NCBI GenBank assembly: GCA_963744305.1
Contig: CAVUTF010000016.1
Span: forward strand, 77,373 to 141,372
Source of the DNA: an uncultured Gammaproteobacteria bacterium
Lineage (GTDB): Bacteria > Pseudomonadota > Gammaproteobacteria > Steroidobacterales > Rariloculaceae
DNA: 64,000 nucleotides
Reading direction: 5' to 3'
Shown here: piece by piece, positions 41,450-51,870 of the stretch
How the letters are laid out: each line of letters starts with the position of its first letter
How positions within the stretch are numbered: the stretch's first letter is position 1
Position numbers and translations under genes: made by a program
The notes under the pieces: model-generated
The model's input: only the letters and a program-made list of their open reading frames with translations
Told to the model about the DNA's origin: nothing
Databases searched by the model: none

Positions 41450-42706
41450 ATGAATAGCAGGACACGACGCCTCACGACGTGGACCAAATTCGCAGTTGCG
41501 GCCGCGTGGCTTGTCAGCGCAGCGACGCATGCCCAACAGCAGGCTGGAATACAAGCAGGAGCAGAAGGCTTTACGTTGAGCTCCGCCGACAAAGCCTGGA
41601 CGCTGCGACTGCGCGCACTCTTGCAAGTGGACGGCAGGGTATTTGGGGACGACTCAGCGCCGAATGAAGACAATGAATGGTTGTTACGGCGCGTGCGGCC
41701 GACGCTCGAGGGCACATTCGGCGACCGTGTTGCGTTTCGCCTGATGCCGGACTTCGGCGGCGGCCAGAGCGAAGTGCCCGACGCATGGGTTGACGTCGAT
41801 CTCGGCGAAGGCGGGCTCGTGCTACGCGTTGGCAAATTCAAGCCGCCAGTTGGCCTGGAGCGATTGCGTTCCGCCAATCACCTCCAGCTAATCGAGCGGT
41901 CGATCGTGACGGAGCTCGTCCCGCGTCGTGACATCGGTGTGCAGCTGTCCGGCGGTAGCGATCGCTTGAGCTGGGCCACGGGATTTTTCAACGGGGTGGT
42001 CGACGGTAGCGCCGCCGACGAGGACACGGACGGAAAACAGGATTTTGCGGGACGACTCTTCTCCCACCCGTTTGCTGGCGAAGGCCGGAATGGTCCGCTT
42101 TCGGGCCTAGGCGTTGGCGTAGCCGTCACTTATGGTGGCACCAATGGCTCGGTCACGGATCCGCTGCTGCCGGGTTATCGGTCACCGGGGCAAAACACGG
42201 TGTTCAGCTATCGACTGGGGGCGGAAGGAACGTTCGCCGACGGCGACCGTCTGCGCGTAACGCCGCAGTTCTATTGGTATCGGGGTTCGTTTGGTCTGAT
42301 GGGCGAAGCGGTCAGAGTCAGTCAGGATGTGCACCGCATAGGCAGCGGTTTCGACCGAGCCGCAACGCTCGACCACGAGGCGTGGCAGCTCACGGGTAAC
42401 TGGTTCTTGACTGGAGAGGCGGCCGGCTATCGCGACCCGGATGGCGTCCGCGCGATCGAGCTCGTTGCAAGGGTCAGCGGGCTCGACGCAGATCCGGACA
42501 GTTTCACTGAGGGCGCCGCTTCGTTCGCTAATCCGTTGACTGCAGTGCGGCAGGCGGACACATGGGCTGCCGGCGTCAACTGGTATCCGATGGCAGGCAT
42601 CAAGGCCTCCGTGAACTATCAACATACCTCGTTCAAGGGCGGCGCTCCAGGTGGCGATCGTCCGGACGAAAAAGTTCTGCTAGCGCGCTTGCAGCTCTAT
42701 TTCTGA
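41450..42706 (+). CDS. Phosphate-selective porin OprO/OprP family
   Basis: LRRVRP, VGKFKPPVGLERL, RRDIG, GVNWY, C-terminal RLQLYF. Confidence 0.85.
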   Translation: MNSRTRRLTTWTKFAVAAAWLVSAATHAQQQAGIQAGAEGFTLSSADKAWTLRLRALLQVDGRVFGDDSAPNEDNEWLLRRVRPTLEGTFGDRVAFRLMPDFGGGQSEVPDAWVDVDLGEGGLVLRVGKFKPPVGLERLRSANHLQLIERSIVTELVPRRDIGVQLSGGSDRLSWATGFFNGVVDGSAADEDTDGKQDFAGRLFSHPFAGEGRNGPLSGLGVGVAVTYGGTNGSVTDPLLPGYRSPGQNTVFSYRLGAEGTFADGDRLRVTPQFYWYRGSFGLMGEAVRVSQDVHRIGSGFDRAATLDHEAWQLTGNWFLTGEAAGYRDPDGVRAIELVARVSGLDADPDSFTEGAASFANPLTAVRQADTWAAGVNWYPMAGIKASVNYQHTSFKGGAPGGDRPDEKVLLARLQLYF

Positions 42707-42713
42707 CGTCGCG

Positions 42714-42901
42714 CTACTGCTCCTTGCGACGGAGGACGAGCTTCACAACGACAAACAGCACGCCGCCGGCGCCGAGTCCCACCAGGCTCGAGATCACGAG
42801 CGCCTGGGCCACTGGCAGCTCCTCGACAACGGAGCCCGTGATCATCCCGACGACACCCGCGAAGACGAGCGCCACGCAGTTCAGAAACAATTGCTCTTCA
42901 T
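42714..42901 (-). CDS. Small two-TM membrane protein, candidate immunity protein (needs one base restored near the start)
   Basis: RBS GGAGG; reconstructed MKEQLFLNCVALVFAGVVGMITGSVVEELPVAQALVISSLVGLGAGGVLFVVVKLVLRRKEQ; not called in the ORF track. Confidence 0.6.
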
Positions 42902-42916
42902 GATCATTCCTCCCCA

Positions 42917-42945
42917 GAGTGGCGGCGCTCGCGGCGCCGCCACTC
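42917..42945 (-). other. Perfect 11-bp intergenic hairpin between peptide and candidate immunity gene
   Basis: gagtggcggcg-ctcgcgg-cgccgccactc; no U-tract. Confidence 0.7.
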
Positions 42946-42954
42946 GGTCGCCGT

Positions 42955-43187
42955 TTAGAAGACGTACTCCTGCACCATATCGCTGATCAGGTAACCTGCC
43001 GCGCCGAGCAGCGCTCCGCTGATAGCGCCGACCGGAGCGGTGACACCACCGGGGACGGCCCCGGCCATGCCGCCGATGATCGCGCCCGTTATCATTGCGC
43101 CCCCGATCCCTCCCACGTCCACGCGCCCCCAACGAGCGCTGCTTCCTCGAGCGTGAGCTCCCTGATATCCGCAAGATTGCCGTCCAT
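42955..43187 (-). CDS. Double-glycine-leader, glycine-zipper bacteriocin/microcin-like precursor (one base missing near 43110)
   Basis: RBS GGAGGAG; leader MDGNLADIRELTLEEAALVGG; reconstructed core AWTWEGIGGAMITGAIIGGMAGAVPGGVTAPVGAISGALLGAAGYLISDMVQEYVF. Confidence 0.75.
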
Positions 43188-43313
43188 TGTTGCTCCTCCA
43201 TGTGCCATTGGCTCCGTGTGAGCCGCCGAAATCCGTGACTTTCCGTCGACGTCATTGGAGCGCAACTCATGCCCGACGCGCACGCCGGATTTCCGGGCGA
43301 TTCGTGCGCAAAC

Positions 43314-44666
43314 TCAACTCCGGACGCGCTTGTACGCGGTCAATCCGAGCATGAGGCCGACGTCGCCCCGCCGCGGCTCGTGAAAAAACCCGACGGAAAG
43401 TGTCGGTAGCGGCGACCGCAGGACGAGCGCGCCGTCGTCGTCGAGAACGAGCTCCACCGTGAGGCTCTCCTGCACGCCATCGCGCCCGATCGTGCAGATC
43501 AGCCGCTCCTTGTCGTAAGCGGCCGTGACGAAGCCGCCGCCGGGCCCTCGATACACGCCGGGCAGCTCGTCGAGGCGCAAGCCGCAAGGATCGCGCTCGC
43601 GCGGCGGGGATTGAGGGCTGAGATCGCGGCACACCGCGTCGACGATGAAGTCGCGCAGGTATGGCAAAGTCGCGTTCAAACCGACAGCGACGCTGAGGCG
43701 GCTGCGAGAGTCGAACCGCACGGCCGAGCACTGGCCGTGCGTGACGCCGCTGTTGCCGTGGAAACCGTCGCGAAGCCGCGCAGCGCCCAATGCGTAGGCG
43801 ACGGGGAGCCATTCGCTCAACGGACCCCCGGCCGTCGGCGGCAACCGCACTTGCGGCGTTTCGAGGAGCCGTTGCGTCTCGCGCGAGACCGGGTTCGCGC
43901 CGGAGCGCACACCGACCACCGCTTCCGCGATGGTCAGGAGATCCGCCACCGACAACGTGTACTCGGGGAACGCCGCGAGCCAAAGCGCGCTCGGACGCGG
44001 CACATCGACGACGCGTGCGAATCGGCCGGATGCAGGATCGAGCTCGTGCCGCCCCGCGCAGCCGCGCTCGGCGTAGCGCGTCGTAGGCGTGCCCGGCCGG
44101 ATTCCCAACGGCTCGAGCACCGTTTCACGGATGAGCGCGACGCCGGCTCGGCCCGTAATGCGCCTGATGATCTCGCCGAGCAAAACGGACTCCGTGTGCT
44201 CGTAGCTGAACACCGCGCCCGGCGCAAACATCTGCGGCGCGCGTTCGAGATAGGCAACCAATGATTGCCACGTGAGTGCGCGAATCTGCGGATCTAGGAC
44301 CCGCGTTCCGCAGTAGCCGCTCGTGTGCGAGAGCAGGTGCGCGACCAGCACGGTTCTGCCGTGCACGCAATCCTTGAGCTCCGGCAGGTACTCACGAAGC
44401 GGCGCCTCGAGCGCGAGCGCTGCTGAGCGCTGCAGCTCGAGCGCCACGATGGCGAGCAGCAGCTTCGTGACGCAGCCGAGATGAAATCCGTCGTCGATTG
44501 CGAGCGGGGGCGCCTCGTCGACGACTCGTGTGCCGGCTTCGGCATGGACGCGAGCGCCGCCGATGCTGACCGCCACCGCGACCCCGGGCACGCCGGTCTC
44601 CGCGCGAATGCGGGCGACGAACTCCGGGAGCGTCTCGCGTAACCGCTCGCACGATATGGGATGCAT
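43314..44666 (-). CDS. Beta-lactamase/serine hydrolase family protein with CxxK in place of SxxK
   Basis: [44 protein letters not shown]. Confidence 0.8.
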   Translation of the reverse strand: MHPISCERLRETLPEFVARIRAETGVPGVAVAVSIGGARVHAEAGTRVVDEAPPLAIDDGFHLGCVTKLLLAIVALELQRSAALALEAPLREYLPELKDCVHGRTVLVAHLLSHTSGYCGTRVLDPQIRALTWQSLVAYLERAPQMFAPGAVFSYEHTESVLLGEIIRRITGRAGVALIRETVLEPLGIRPGTPTTRYAERGCAGRHELDPASGRFARVVDVPRPSALWLAAFPEYTLSVADLLTIAEAVVGVRSGANPVSRETQRLLETPQVRLPPTAGGPLSEWLPVAYALGAARLRDGFHGNSGVTHGQCSAVRFDSRSRLSVAVGLNATLPYLRDFIVDAVCRDLSPQSPPRERDPCGLRLDELPGVYRGPGGGFVTAAYDKERLICTIGRDGVQESLTVELVLDDDGALVLRSPLPTLSVGFFHEPRRGDVGLMLGLTAYKRVRS

Positions 44667-44791
44667 CGACGAGCCTCCGACATCCTTGTGCGGAAAACCA
44701 GCCGCGATCATTTCAGGGCATGCCTCTGCGCAAGTGCAGCCCACATTTCTCTGCGAATCGGCGAGATTACGTACGGCGCTCGTGTGGCATC

Positions 44792-46658
44792 ATGCGACGC
44801 ATGCTTTCCGACAAGGTGCACTCACCGGCCGGTCCGGCGGACGACCGCGTGCGCCGTTTGTTGCGCGACGTTTTTGGCTATGCCGAATTCCGCGGCCCGC
44901 AGCATGCCATCATCGACGCGGCGCTCGCCGGACGGGATTCGCTCGTGCTAATGCCGACCGGCGGCGGCAAGTCGCTGTGCTATCAGATTCCGGCGCTGCT
45001 GCGTGGCGGCGTCGGCCTCGTCGTGTCGCCGCTGATCGCGCTGATGGAGGATCAGGTGAGCGCGCTCCGCGAGCTGGGCTAAGCGGCTGCGTTCTTGAAT
45101 TCGACACTCGACCGCACGGCGCAGCAGGAAGTGATCGGCGCTTTGCAGCGCGGCCGGCTCGAGCTGCTGTACATCGCTCCGGAGCGGCTGCTGCAAGAGC
45201 AAACTCAGGCGCTGCTGCGTGGCGTGAGACTTTCGATCATCGCGATCGACGAAGCGCACTGCGTATCGCAGTGGGGCCACGACTTCCGCGCGAGTATCTC
45301 GGCCTACACGAGCTCAAGCAGTGGTTCCCCGGCGTGCCGCGCATGGCGTTGACGGCCACGGCTACGTTGCCGACGCGCGAGGAGATCGTCGACGCGGCTC
45401 GAGCTCAAGAGCCCGCGATGTGTTCGTGAGCAGCTTCGACCGGCCGAACATCCGCTATGCCGTGCATGCGAAGACCGACGCACGTCGCCAGCTTGCGCAG
45501 TTCCTGCGCAAGCCACCGCGACGAGGCGGGCATCGTCTACTGCTTGTCGCGCAACAAGGTCGAGAGCGACGGCGGAGTGGCTGCGCGAGCAGGGCTACGA
45601 CGCGCTGCCGTATCACGCGGGGCTGCCGGCCGACGACGCGCGCCGAGCATCAACGCCGTTTCCTCAGCCGACGATGCGAGTGATCATCGTCGCGACGATC
45701 GCGTTCGGCATGGGGATCGACAAGCCCGACGTCCGCTTCGTCGCGCACCTCGATCTGCCGAAGAGCATCGAGTCCTACTACCAGGAGACGGGCCGCGCGG
45801 GCCGCGACGGCGAGCCCGCGGAGGCGTGGATGGTCTACGGCCTGCAAGACGTCGTGCAGCTCGCGCAGTTCGTCGACCAATCCGAGGCCGACGAGCAGCA
45901 CAAGCGCCACGAGCGCGCACAAGCTCGACGCGCTGCTCGGCTGGTGCGAGGTCACCGAATGTCGCCGGCGACCGCTGCTCGAGTACTTCGGCGAGGAGCG
46001 CGGCCCGTGCCTGCGGCAATTGCGACAATTGCCTGCAGCCGCCAGCGACTTGGGACGGCACGCAGGCCGCGCAGCAAGCTCTGTCCGCCGTCTACCGCAC
46101 CGGGCAGGCATTCGGCGCCGCGCACGTCGTCGACGTGCTGCTCGGCAACGCTACCGAAAAAGTCGCGCGGCATCGGCACGAGCGCGCTCAGTCGTGTTCG
46201 GCATCGGCACGGACTTCCGGCGGCGGCGTGGCGATCGTTGATTCGGCAGTTGCTGGTGCAGGGATACCTGCGCGTCGACTACGAAGGCTACGGGGCTCTC
46301 GAGTTGACCGAGCGAGCCGGCCGCTGCTGCGCGGCGAGGTGACGGTGCGCTGCGCGAGGACACGAAGCAGCCCGTCGCGCGCCCGCAAGGCGCGCCGCCC
46401 CGAAGACGGCGCTCGCCGAAGAGCACGAGCCGCTGTGGGAGGCGCTGCGCGAATGCCGAAGGCTCTCGCCGCCGAGCAGACTTGCCGCCGTACGTGATCT
46501 TTCACGATGCGACGTTGCTGCAGATGGCGGCAGCTCGGCCGGACGAGCGCGCAGCGCTGCTCACGATCGGCGGCGTCGGCCAGGCGAAGCTCGAGCGTTA
46601 CGGCGAAAGATTTCTTGAGGTGCATACGAAGCGCGGCTCGCACGCGCTCGGCCATTGA
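44792..46658 (+). CDS. recQ: ATP-dependent DNA helicase RecQ (several indels, apparent stop at 45080)
   Basis: [60 protein letters not shown] domain. Confidence 0.92.
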
Positions 46659-46715
46659 CGCTCTCGACGGGCCGACCCTATGCTGGTTCGAGGCATGAGA
46701 TTAAGGGTTGGCAGA

Positions 46716-47447
46716 ATGCGAAGCGCGAGATTCGGCTTGGGCTTGTTGTGGTCGTTGAGCGGCGCATTGCTCGGCGGCGTGGCGTTCCCGGCCGAGCATC
46801 CGGACTTCACGGGCGTTTGGGGCAACTACCGCGATCCTGCAGCGCCGCCCGGACGCGGCGGCGGCGGGTCGGCGCGCCCGTGCCCTGCCGCTGCGCCCCG
46901 AGGCCAAGCCAAGGTCGACGAATATCGTGCGTTGGTCGCGCCCACGCGGCGATACGCCCGGCGGCTTTTGCCTTGGCACCGGCATGCCGGGCGCGATGCT
47001 CGGCTCCGGCGGTTATCCGATGGAGATCGTGCAGCACGACGATCTGATCATCGTCGTGTACGAAGCGCATGCCGAAATCCGCAGAATCTACATCACCGCG
47101 CGCGCGAAGGAAGGAGATCTCTTCCCGGATCGCAACGGCTACTCGATCGGTCGCTGGGATGGCGACAAGCTGATCGTCGAGACCACGCATCTGAAGGAAG
47201 CCGTGGATCAGGCGCGCTATCCGCACAGCGATGAGGCGAAGATCGTGGAGGAGTACACGCTCGTCACGAACGAGGACGGCAGAAGGTGCTGACTTCGAGC
47301 ATGACGATGACCGATCCCACGTTCTACACGGAGCCGATCACGGCCGAGAAGAAGTGGCGTTCCTAGCCCGGAGTGCGCCTGCTTCCCTACGAGTGCAACG
47401 AGCCCGCGTGGGACGAGCATCTCGAAGAGTTGCGCAACCAGGGGTAG
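46716..47447 (+). CDS. Exported two-Cys partner-domain protein (frameshifted)
   Basis: PDFTGVW, FCLGTGMP, GYSIGRWDGDKLIV, YECNE. Confidence 0.7.
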
Positions 47448-47473
47448 AGTCGCGAGATTGGCGGAGCTGGATC

Positions 47474-47837
47474 ATGAAGAAGCTATCGATTTGCGCTCTG
47501 CTCGCGATTGTCGCGAGTGCACCGCTGGTCTCCAACGCGCATCACTCGGCCGCGCGTTTCGATCTCTCGATCCGCGACAACTACGGTGACCGGAATCGTC
47601 AAGGAGTTCAAGGCCGCGAATCCCCATACGAAAATCGTGCTCGAAGTCACGGACGAAAAGGGCACGCGCGACATAGAGTTCGAAGGCCATAGCCGCAACA
47701 ACTACTATCGCGGCGGTTGGCGCGACGGCATGGTGAAACTCGGCGACAAGATCACGCTGCAGTCTGCGCCGACCCGCGACGGCAGCGACGGCGGCTACGC
47801 GCTCGGCGTGATCGCGGCGGACGGCACGAAGTTTTAG
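47474..47837 (+). CDS. DUF6152-family exported protein (frameshift near 47585)
   Basis: Signal peptide then HHS, ANPHT, IEFEG. Confidence 0.72.
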
Positions 47838-47865
47838 CCACAGGTTTGCGGCTGCATGCGCGAGA

Positions 47866-48627
47866 GTGTCGCGCGTGGCCTACGCCTCGAGGTCCGGAGG
47901 CTGCCTCATCAGCATGGACTCGATCCTCAAGATCGCCAGCGTCACCGGAGTGGACTTGGAGCTCAAGCTCGCGGGCCCGGGTGCGCGCAGCTACGCGTTC
48001 ATCGTCGACTGGCACATACGGCTGCTCATCGCGCTTGCCTGGCTCATCCTCGGCATGCTCGCAGTCGCCGGCTCGTTTCGAATGCTCGCGCCAGGCGAAG
48101 AGAGATTTGCGGCGTTCATGTACGTCGTCGTGCTGCCGAGCGCCGCGATCTACTTGTTGTATCACCCCGTGCTCGAGGTGCTGATGCGCGGTCAAACTCC
48201 GGGCAAGCGGATCGCGGGCGTCCGGATAGTCGCATCCCGGCATGGCGGCGCGCCCGGCATCGGCGCGCTCTTGATCCGCAACATTTTCCGCTTGCTCGAC
48301 TCGTTGCCGCTCGCTTATGCGATCGGCCTCGCGACGACGTTGGTGACGAAGCACGCGGTGCGGATCGGCGACATCGCGGCCGGCACCGTGCTGATCTACG
48401 ACGAGCCGCAGAGCCGGGAGCTGTTCGACGAGCTCGGTGCTCCGGCCGTGCAGCGGCTCGGTCTGGAGCAAGCGCTCGTCGCCCGCGACCTCTTGAACCG
48501 CTGGTCGGAGCTCGGTGCGACGGCGCGCGCGCGGCTCGCGCGGCAATTGCTCACAAAGCATGCCGTCGACGTTGCCTCTACCACTGACGCGGAGCTCGAG
48601 TCCAAGCTCAAGGAGCTCTTGGCTTGA
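47866..48627 (+). CDS. RDD family membrane protein
   Basis: LAGPGARSYAFIVD, GQTPGK, RIGDIAAGT. Confidence 0.88.
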   Translation: MSRVAYASRSGGCLISMDSILKIASVTGVDLELKLAGPGARSYAFIVDWHIRLLIALAWLILGMLAVAGSFRMLAPGEERFAAFMYVVVLPSAAIYLLYHPVLEVLMRGQTPGKRIAGVRIVASRHGGAPGIGALLIRNIFRLLDSLPLAYAIGLATTLVTKHAVRIGDIAAGTVLIYDEPQSRELFDELGAPAVQRLGLEQALVARDLLNRWSELGATARARLARQLLTKHAVDVASTTDAELESKLKELLA

Positions 48628-49625
48628 GCGCGCCGCCGCGGAGCGCTACCGCGAAGTGGTTCGACGAGCGCCTCCCCGCGTGGCGTGCGATCGCGGATAG
48701 CCTCACCCAAATCGAGCGCGGCAAGTCGGCGCCGCCGGAACATGTGCTTGCCGCGGTGCGGTCCTATCCCGAGATCGCGCGTGATCTTGCAATCGCCCGC
48801 AACGCATCCCCGAGCGGTTCGCTAACGAAGTATCTCGAGCGCGTCTACTCGCAGCTGCACCGCTCGATCTTCCGCTCTCCCGACCGAGTCGGCCGCACGA
48901 TCCGACTCGCGTTCGAGCGCGACGCGCCCGCGGTCGCGAAAGCTCTGCGCTGGCACATTCTGGCCGTTGCGGCTCTGTTCTTCGGGGCCGCGGCAGCCGG
49001 CGCCTGGCTCGTCGCGTCGCATCCCGAGCTTGCGGCGTTGTTCGCATCCGAGGAGATGATCGACAAAGTGATGCGCGGCGAGCTTTGGACCGACGGCCTG
49101 CTCAACGTGATTCCGTCGTCGTTGCTGGCCGTGCAGATCTTCACGAACAACATCGCCGTGTCGTTGTTCGCGCTGTGCCTCGGTGTGTTGTACGGGCTCG
49201 GGACGATCTACATCATCGGCATGAACGGGATGATGCTCGGCGGCGTGTTTGCGTTTACGGCGCAGCACGGCATGGCGAAGCGGCTGTTCGAGTTCGTCTG
49301 CGCGCACGGTTTCGTCGAGCTCAGCGTGATCTTCATCGCGGGCGCGGTCGGCGCGTCGCTTGGCGAGGCACTCGCGCGGCCGGGGCACTTGAGCCGCGCG
49401 GCGGCATTTCATGCGGCCACCGCGCGCGGCGCGCGGCTGATGTTCGTCTGCGTCGTGTTCTTGGTCGGCGCCGGCGTGATCGAGGGCTTCGTGTCGCCTA
49501 ACCCAGGCGTGCCGCTGGCCGCGCGGCTCGCGATCGGGCTCGCCTACCTTACGTTGTTCGTGTTGGTGCTCACCGGCGCGCTCGGGCGCTGGGCGCGCGC
49601 GCGCCCGCTGAGCGACCGCGACTAA
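48624..49625 (+). CDS. Stage II sporulation protein M (SpoIIM)-family membrane protein
   Basis: IFTNNIAV, NG.MLG, HGFVEL, IEGFVSP. Confidence 0.88.
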   Translation: MSAPPRSATAKWFDERLPAWRAIADSLTQIERGKSAPPEHVLAAVRSYPEIARDLAIARNASPSGSLTKYLERVYSQLHRSIFRSPDRVGRTIRLAFERDAPAVAKALRWHILAVAALFFGAAAAGAWLVASHPELAALFASEEMIDKVMRGELWTDGLLNVIPSSLLAVQIFTNNIAVSLFALCLGVLYGLGTIYIIGMNGMMLGGVFAFTAQHGMAKRLFEFVCAHGFVELSVIFIAGAVGASLGEALARPGHLSRAAAFHAATARGARLMFVCVVFLVGAGVIEGFVSPNPGVPLAARLAIGLAYLTLFVLVLTGALGRWARARPLSDRD

Positions 49626-50920
49626 ACGCGGCGCTGCGCGCGCAGCAGGCGGTATGTGTTGAGCACTTTGGCGTCGAGCTCGCTCGGCCGAGCGGTCATC
49701 GCGTACGCGCCGAGGCGGCCCAAGCGCGCGACGTTCGCTCCGATCCCGCGCCTGTAATCCCGCGCGGCGAGCGCGCGATACGGATCCAGCCAATCGTGCG
49801 CGCGCCGGGACGCAAGCTCGATGACCTCTTCGCTCAAAAGGCCGACCACGAATGGCAAATGCTGCGGGACGAGGAGCTGCACGCTCTGCGCGAGCGGGCT
49901 CGCGGCGGAGGGCTCGTAGAGGTCGGTCAGAATCACCGCGAGGCAGCGATGACGCACGAGCTTGCGAACATGCAGCGCGGCGGTCAGCACGTTCGACTCC
50001 ACCGGTCGCGGCGCGAGATTCGTGAGGGCGCGACGGATGCGCACGACGGCGCCGCTGCCGCGGCCAGGCCCGAGAGTCACGATCGGAGTGTCCGCGAAGA
50101 CGATTACCCCGACCTGGTCGTCGCTCGCGACGCTAACCTCGGCGAACCGAGCGGCGAGATTCACGTAATGCGACAGCTGCTGCATTCCGTCGATCTCGGT
50201 GCGGCTCGTGCGTCCGGCATCCACCAGGACCATGACGGTAAGATGCTGATCCTCGCTGAACACACGTGTGATCAACCGCGACGTGCGCGCAGAGGCCTTC
50301 CAGTCGATCGCGCGCCGCGGGTCTCCGGCGCGGTAAGCGCGCAGGTGATTGAGCTCCTGACCGCCGCCGAGCGTAGCTTGCGCGGTCGCGCCGATCTCGC
50401 TCGAGCCGACCTGCGCATTGCGCGGGCCGAGGGTATCGGGTTGCACGACGATGCGACTCATCATGGGCAACGAGCGCGACCACCACGCGAGCTTGAGCGG
50501 CCCTTTCACACGTACCGGCAGCGCGGGCCACGGTTTTTCGCCGAGCGTCACCGGGAATGCGTCGACGCGCTCGAGCACGGCCGAATCGGGCGCGATGACG
50601 ACACTGCGCGCGGCCGGATCGCCGCGCACGCCGTCAGGAAACGTGACGGCGAGCTCCACCGCGAGAGAGCGTCGCGTGCCGTTCGTAAGTTGCAGCTCGA
50701 GCGTTTCAGTGCGACCGAGCTTCAAGGGCGGCCGCGCGAGCAGGCGCCCGGCCAATTCGAGCCGGCCGGTGATGGACAGCTCGTAGACGAGGCCGACGAC
50801 CACGACGGCAACCAGCGCGCGCCAAAACAGGTCGGCCACCAATAAATCGCTCCATAGCGCTACCACGCCGACCAGCGCCGCTAGGGCGAGCGCGAGCGTA
50901 GCGGCTGGTGTCAGATTCAC
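49622..50920 (-). CDS. DUF58 family protein (vWA-associated)
   Basis: LRAYRAGDPRRAIDWKASAR, LVDAGR, ILTD. Confidence 0.88.
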   Translation of the reverse strand: MNLTPAATLALALAALVGVVALWSDLLVADLFWRALVAVVVVGLVYELSITGRLELAGRLLARPPLKLGRTETLELQLTNGTRRSLAVELAVTFPDGVRGDPAARSVVIAPDSAVLERVDAFPVTLGEKPWPALPVRVKGPLKLAWWSRSLPMMSRIVVQPDTLGPRNAQVGSSEIGATAQATLGGGQELNHLRAYRAGDPRRAIDWKASARTSRLITRVFSEDQHLTVMVLVDAGRTSRTEIDGMQQLSHYVNLAARFAEVSVASDDQVGVIVFADTPIVTLGPGRGSGAVVRIRRALTNLAPRPVESNVLTAALHVRKLVRHRCLAVILTDLYEPSAASPLAQSVQLLVPQHLPFVVGLLSEEVIELASRRAHDWLDPYRALAARDYRRGIGANVARLGRLGAYAMTARPSELDAKVLNTYRLLRAQRRV

Positions 50921-51870
50921 GGCGTCTCGCGTGGCACCGCGACGGTGCCTAGTAGCCGTTCGAGCTCCGCGTGCGGCGACAATCCTTCGAGCACGGCATC
51001 CGGCGAGAGCACCATGCGGTGCGGGATGACCCACGGCGCGACGCGTTTGACGTCGTCCGGAACGACGAAGTCGGCCCCCCGCAGCGCGGCTTCGACGCGC
51101 GCGCAGCGCGCCAACGCGAGCGCCGCGCGGCTCGAGAGGCCAAGCGCTATGCTCGAGCTCTGCCTCGTTGCCGCGACGATATCGAGCACGTAGCCGATCA
51201 GCGCGTCGGACATGTGCACGTCGGCAAGCTCGGCTCGCGCGCGCTCGAGCACGCCGCGCTCGATGACCTCGATCGCGGCCGCGGCGGGCGTCTTGCCCGG
51301 CAAACCGTATTCGACGAGCACCCGTGCCTCGTTCTCGCGGCTCGGGTACCCCATGCGCGCGCTCAGCATGAATCGGTCGAGCTGCGACTCAGGCAGCGGA
51401 TAGGTACCCTCGAACTCACGCGGATTCTGCGTCGCAACGATCAGGAAATCCGCCGGCAGAGCGAAGCGCGTGCCGTCGACCGTGACGTAGCGTTCCTCCA
51501 TCGCTTCGAGCAGCGCCGATTGCGTTTTCGGTCCTGCGCGGTTCACCTCGTCGACGAGCACGACGTCGGCGAACAGTGGTCCTGGCCGAAACGAGAACTC
51601 GCCACGCTGCGAGTCGAACACGTGCACACCCGTCAAGTCCGTCGGCATCAGATCGGCCGTTCCTTGGATACGTTTGAATGCTCCGCCGAGCGCGCGCGCG
51701 AAGGTGTTGCTGAGCAGAGTCTTGCCGAGACCCGGCGGCCCTTCGAGCAGCACGTGCCCCGCACTGATCAGCGCAATCGTGAGCGCATGAATCACATCGT
51801 CTAGGCCGTACACGACCTGCGCGACTTGTCGATGCAGAAATCCCTCTAGCTCCCGCGCTTCCCGGGTCAT
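50917..51870 (-). CDS. MoxR family AAA+ ATPase
   Basis: GHVLLEGPPGLGKT, DEVNRAGPKTQSALLEAMEE, ATQNP, GTYPLPESQLDRF. Confidence 0.93.
   Translation of the reverse strand: MTREARELEGFLHRQVAQVVYGLDDVIHALTIALISAGHVLLEGPPGLGKTLLSNTFARALGGAFKRIQGTADLMPTDLTGVHVFDSQRGEFSFRPGPLFADVVLVDEVNRAGPKTQSALLEAMEERYVTVDGTRFALPADFLIVATQNPREFEGTYPLPESQLDRFMLSARMGYPSRENEARVLVEYGLPGKTPAAAAIEVIERGVLERARAELADVHMSDALIGYVLDIVAATRQSSSIALGLSSRAALALARCARVEAALRGADFVVPDDVKRVAPWVIPHRMVLSPDAVLEGLSPHAELERLLGTVAVPRETP

Noticed and set aside
45080-45082. In-frame TAA in recQ suggesting stop-codon recoding
   Set aside because: Isolated case in an error-rich region; TAA ends other genes normally (for example 40085, 42955).
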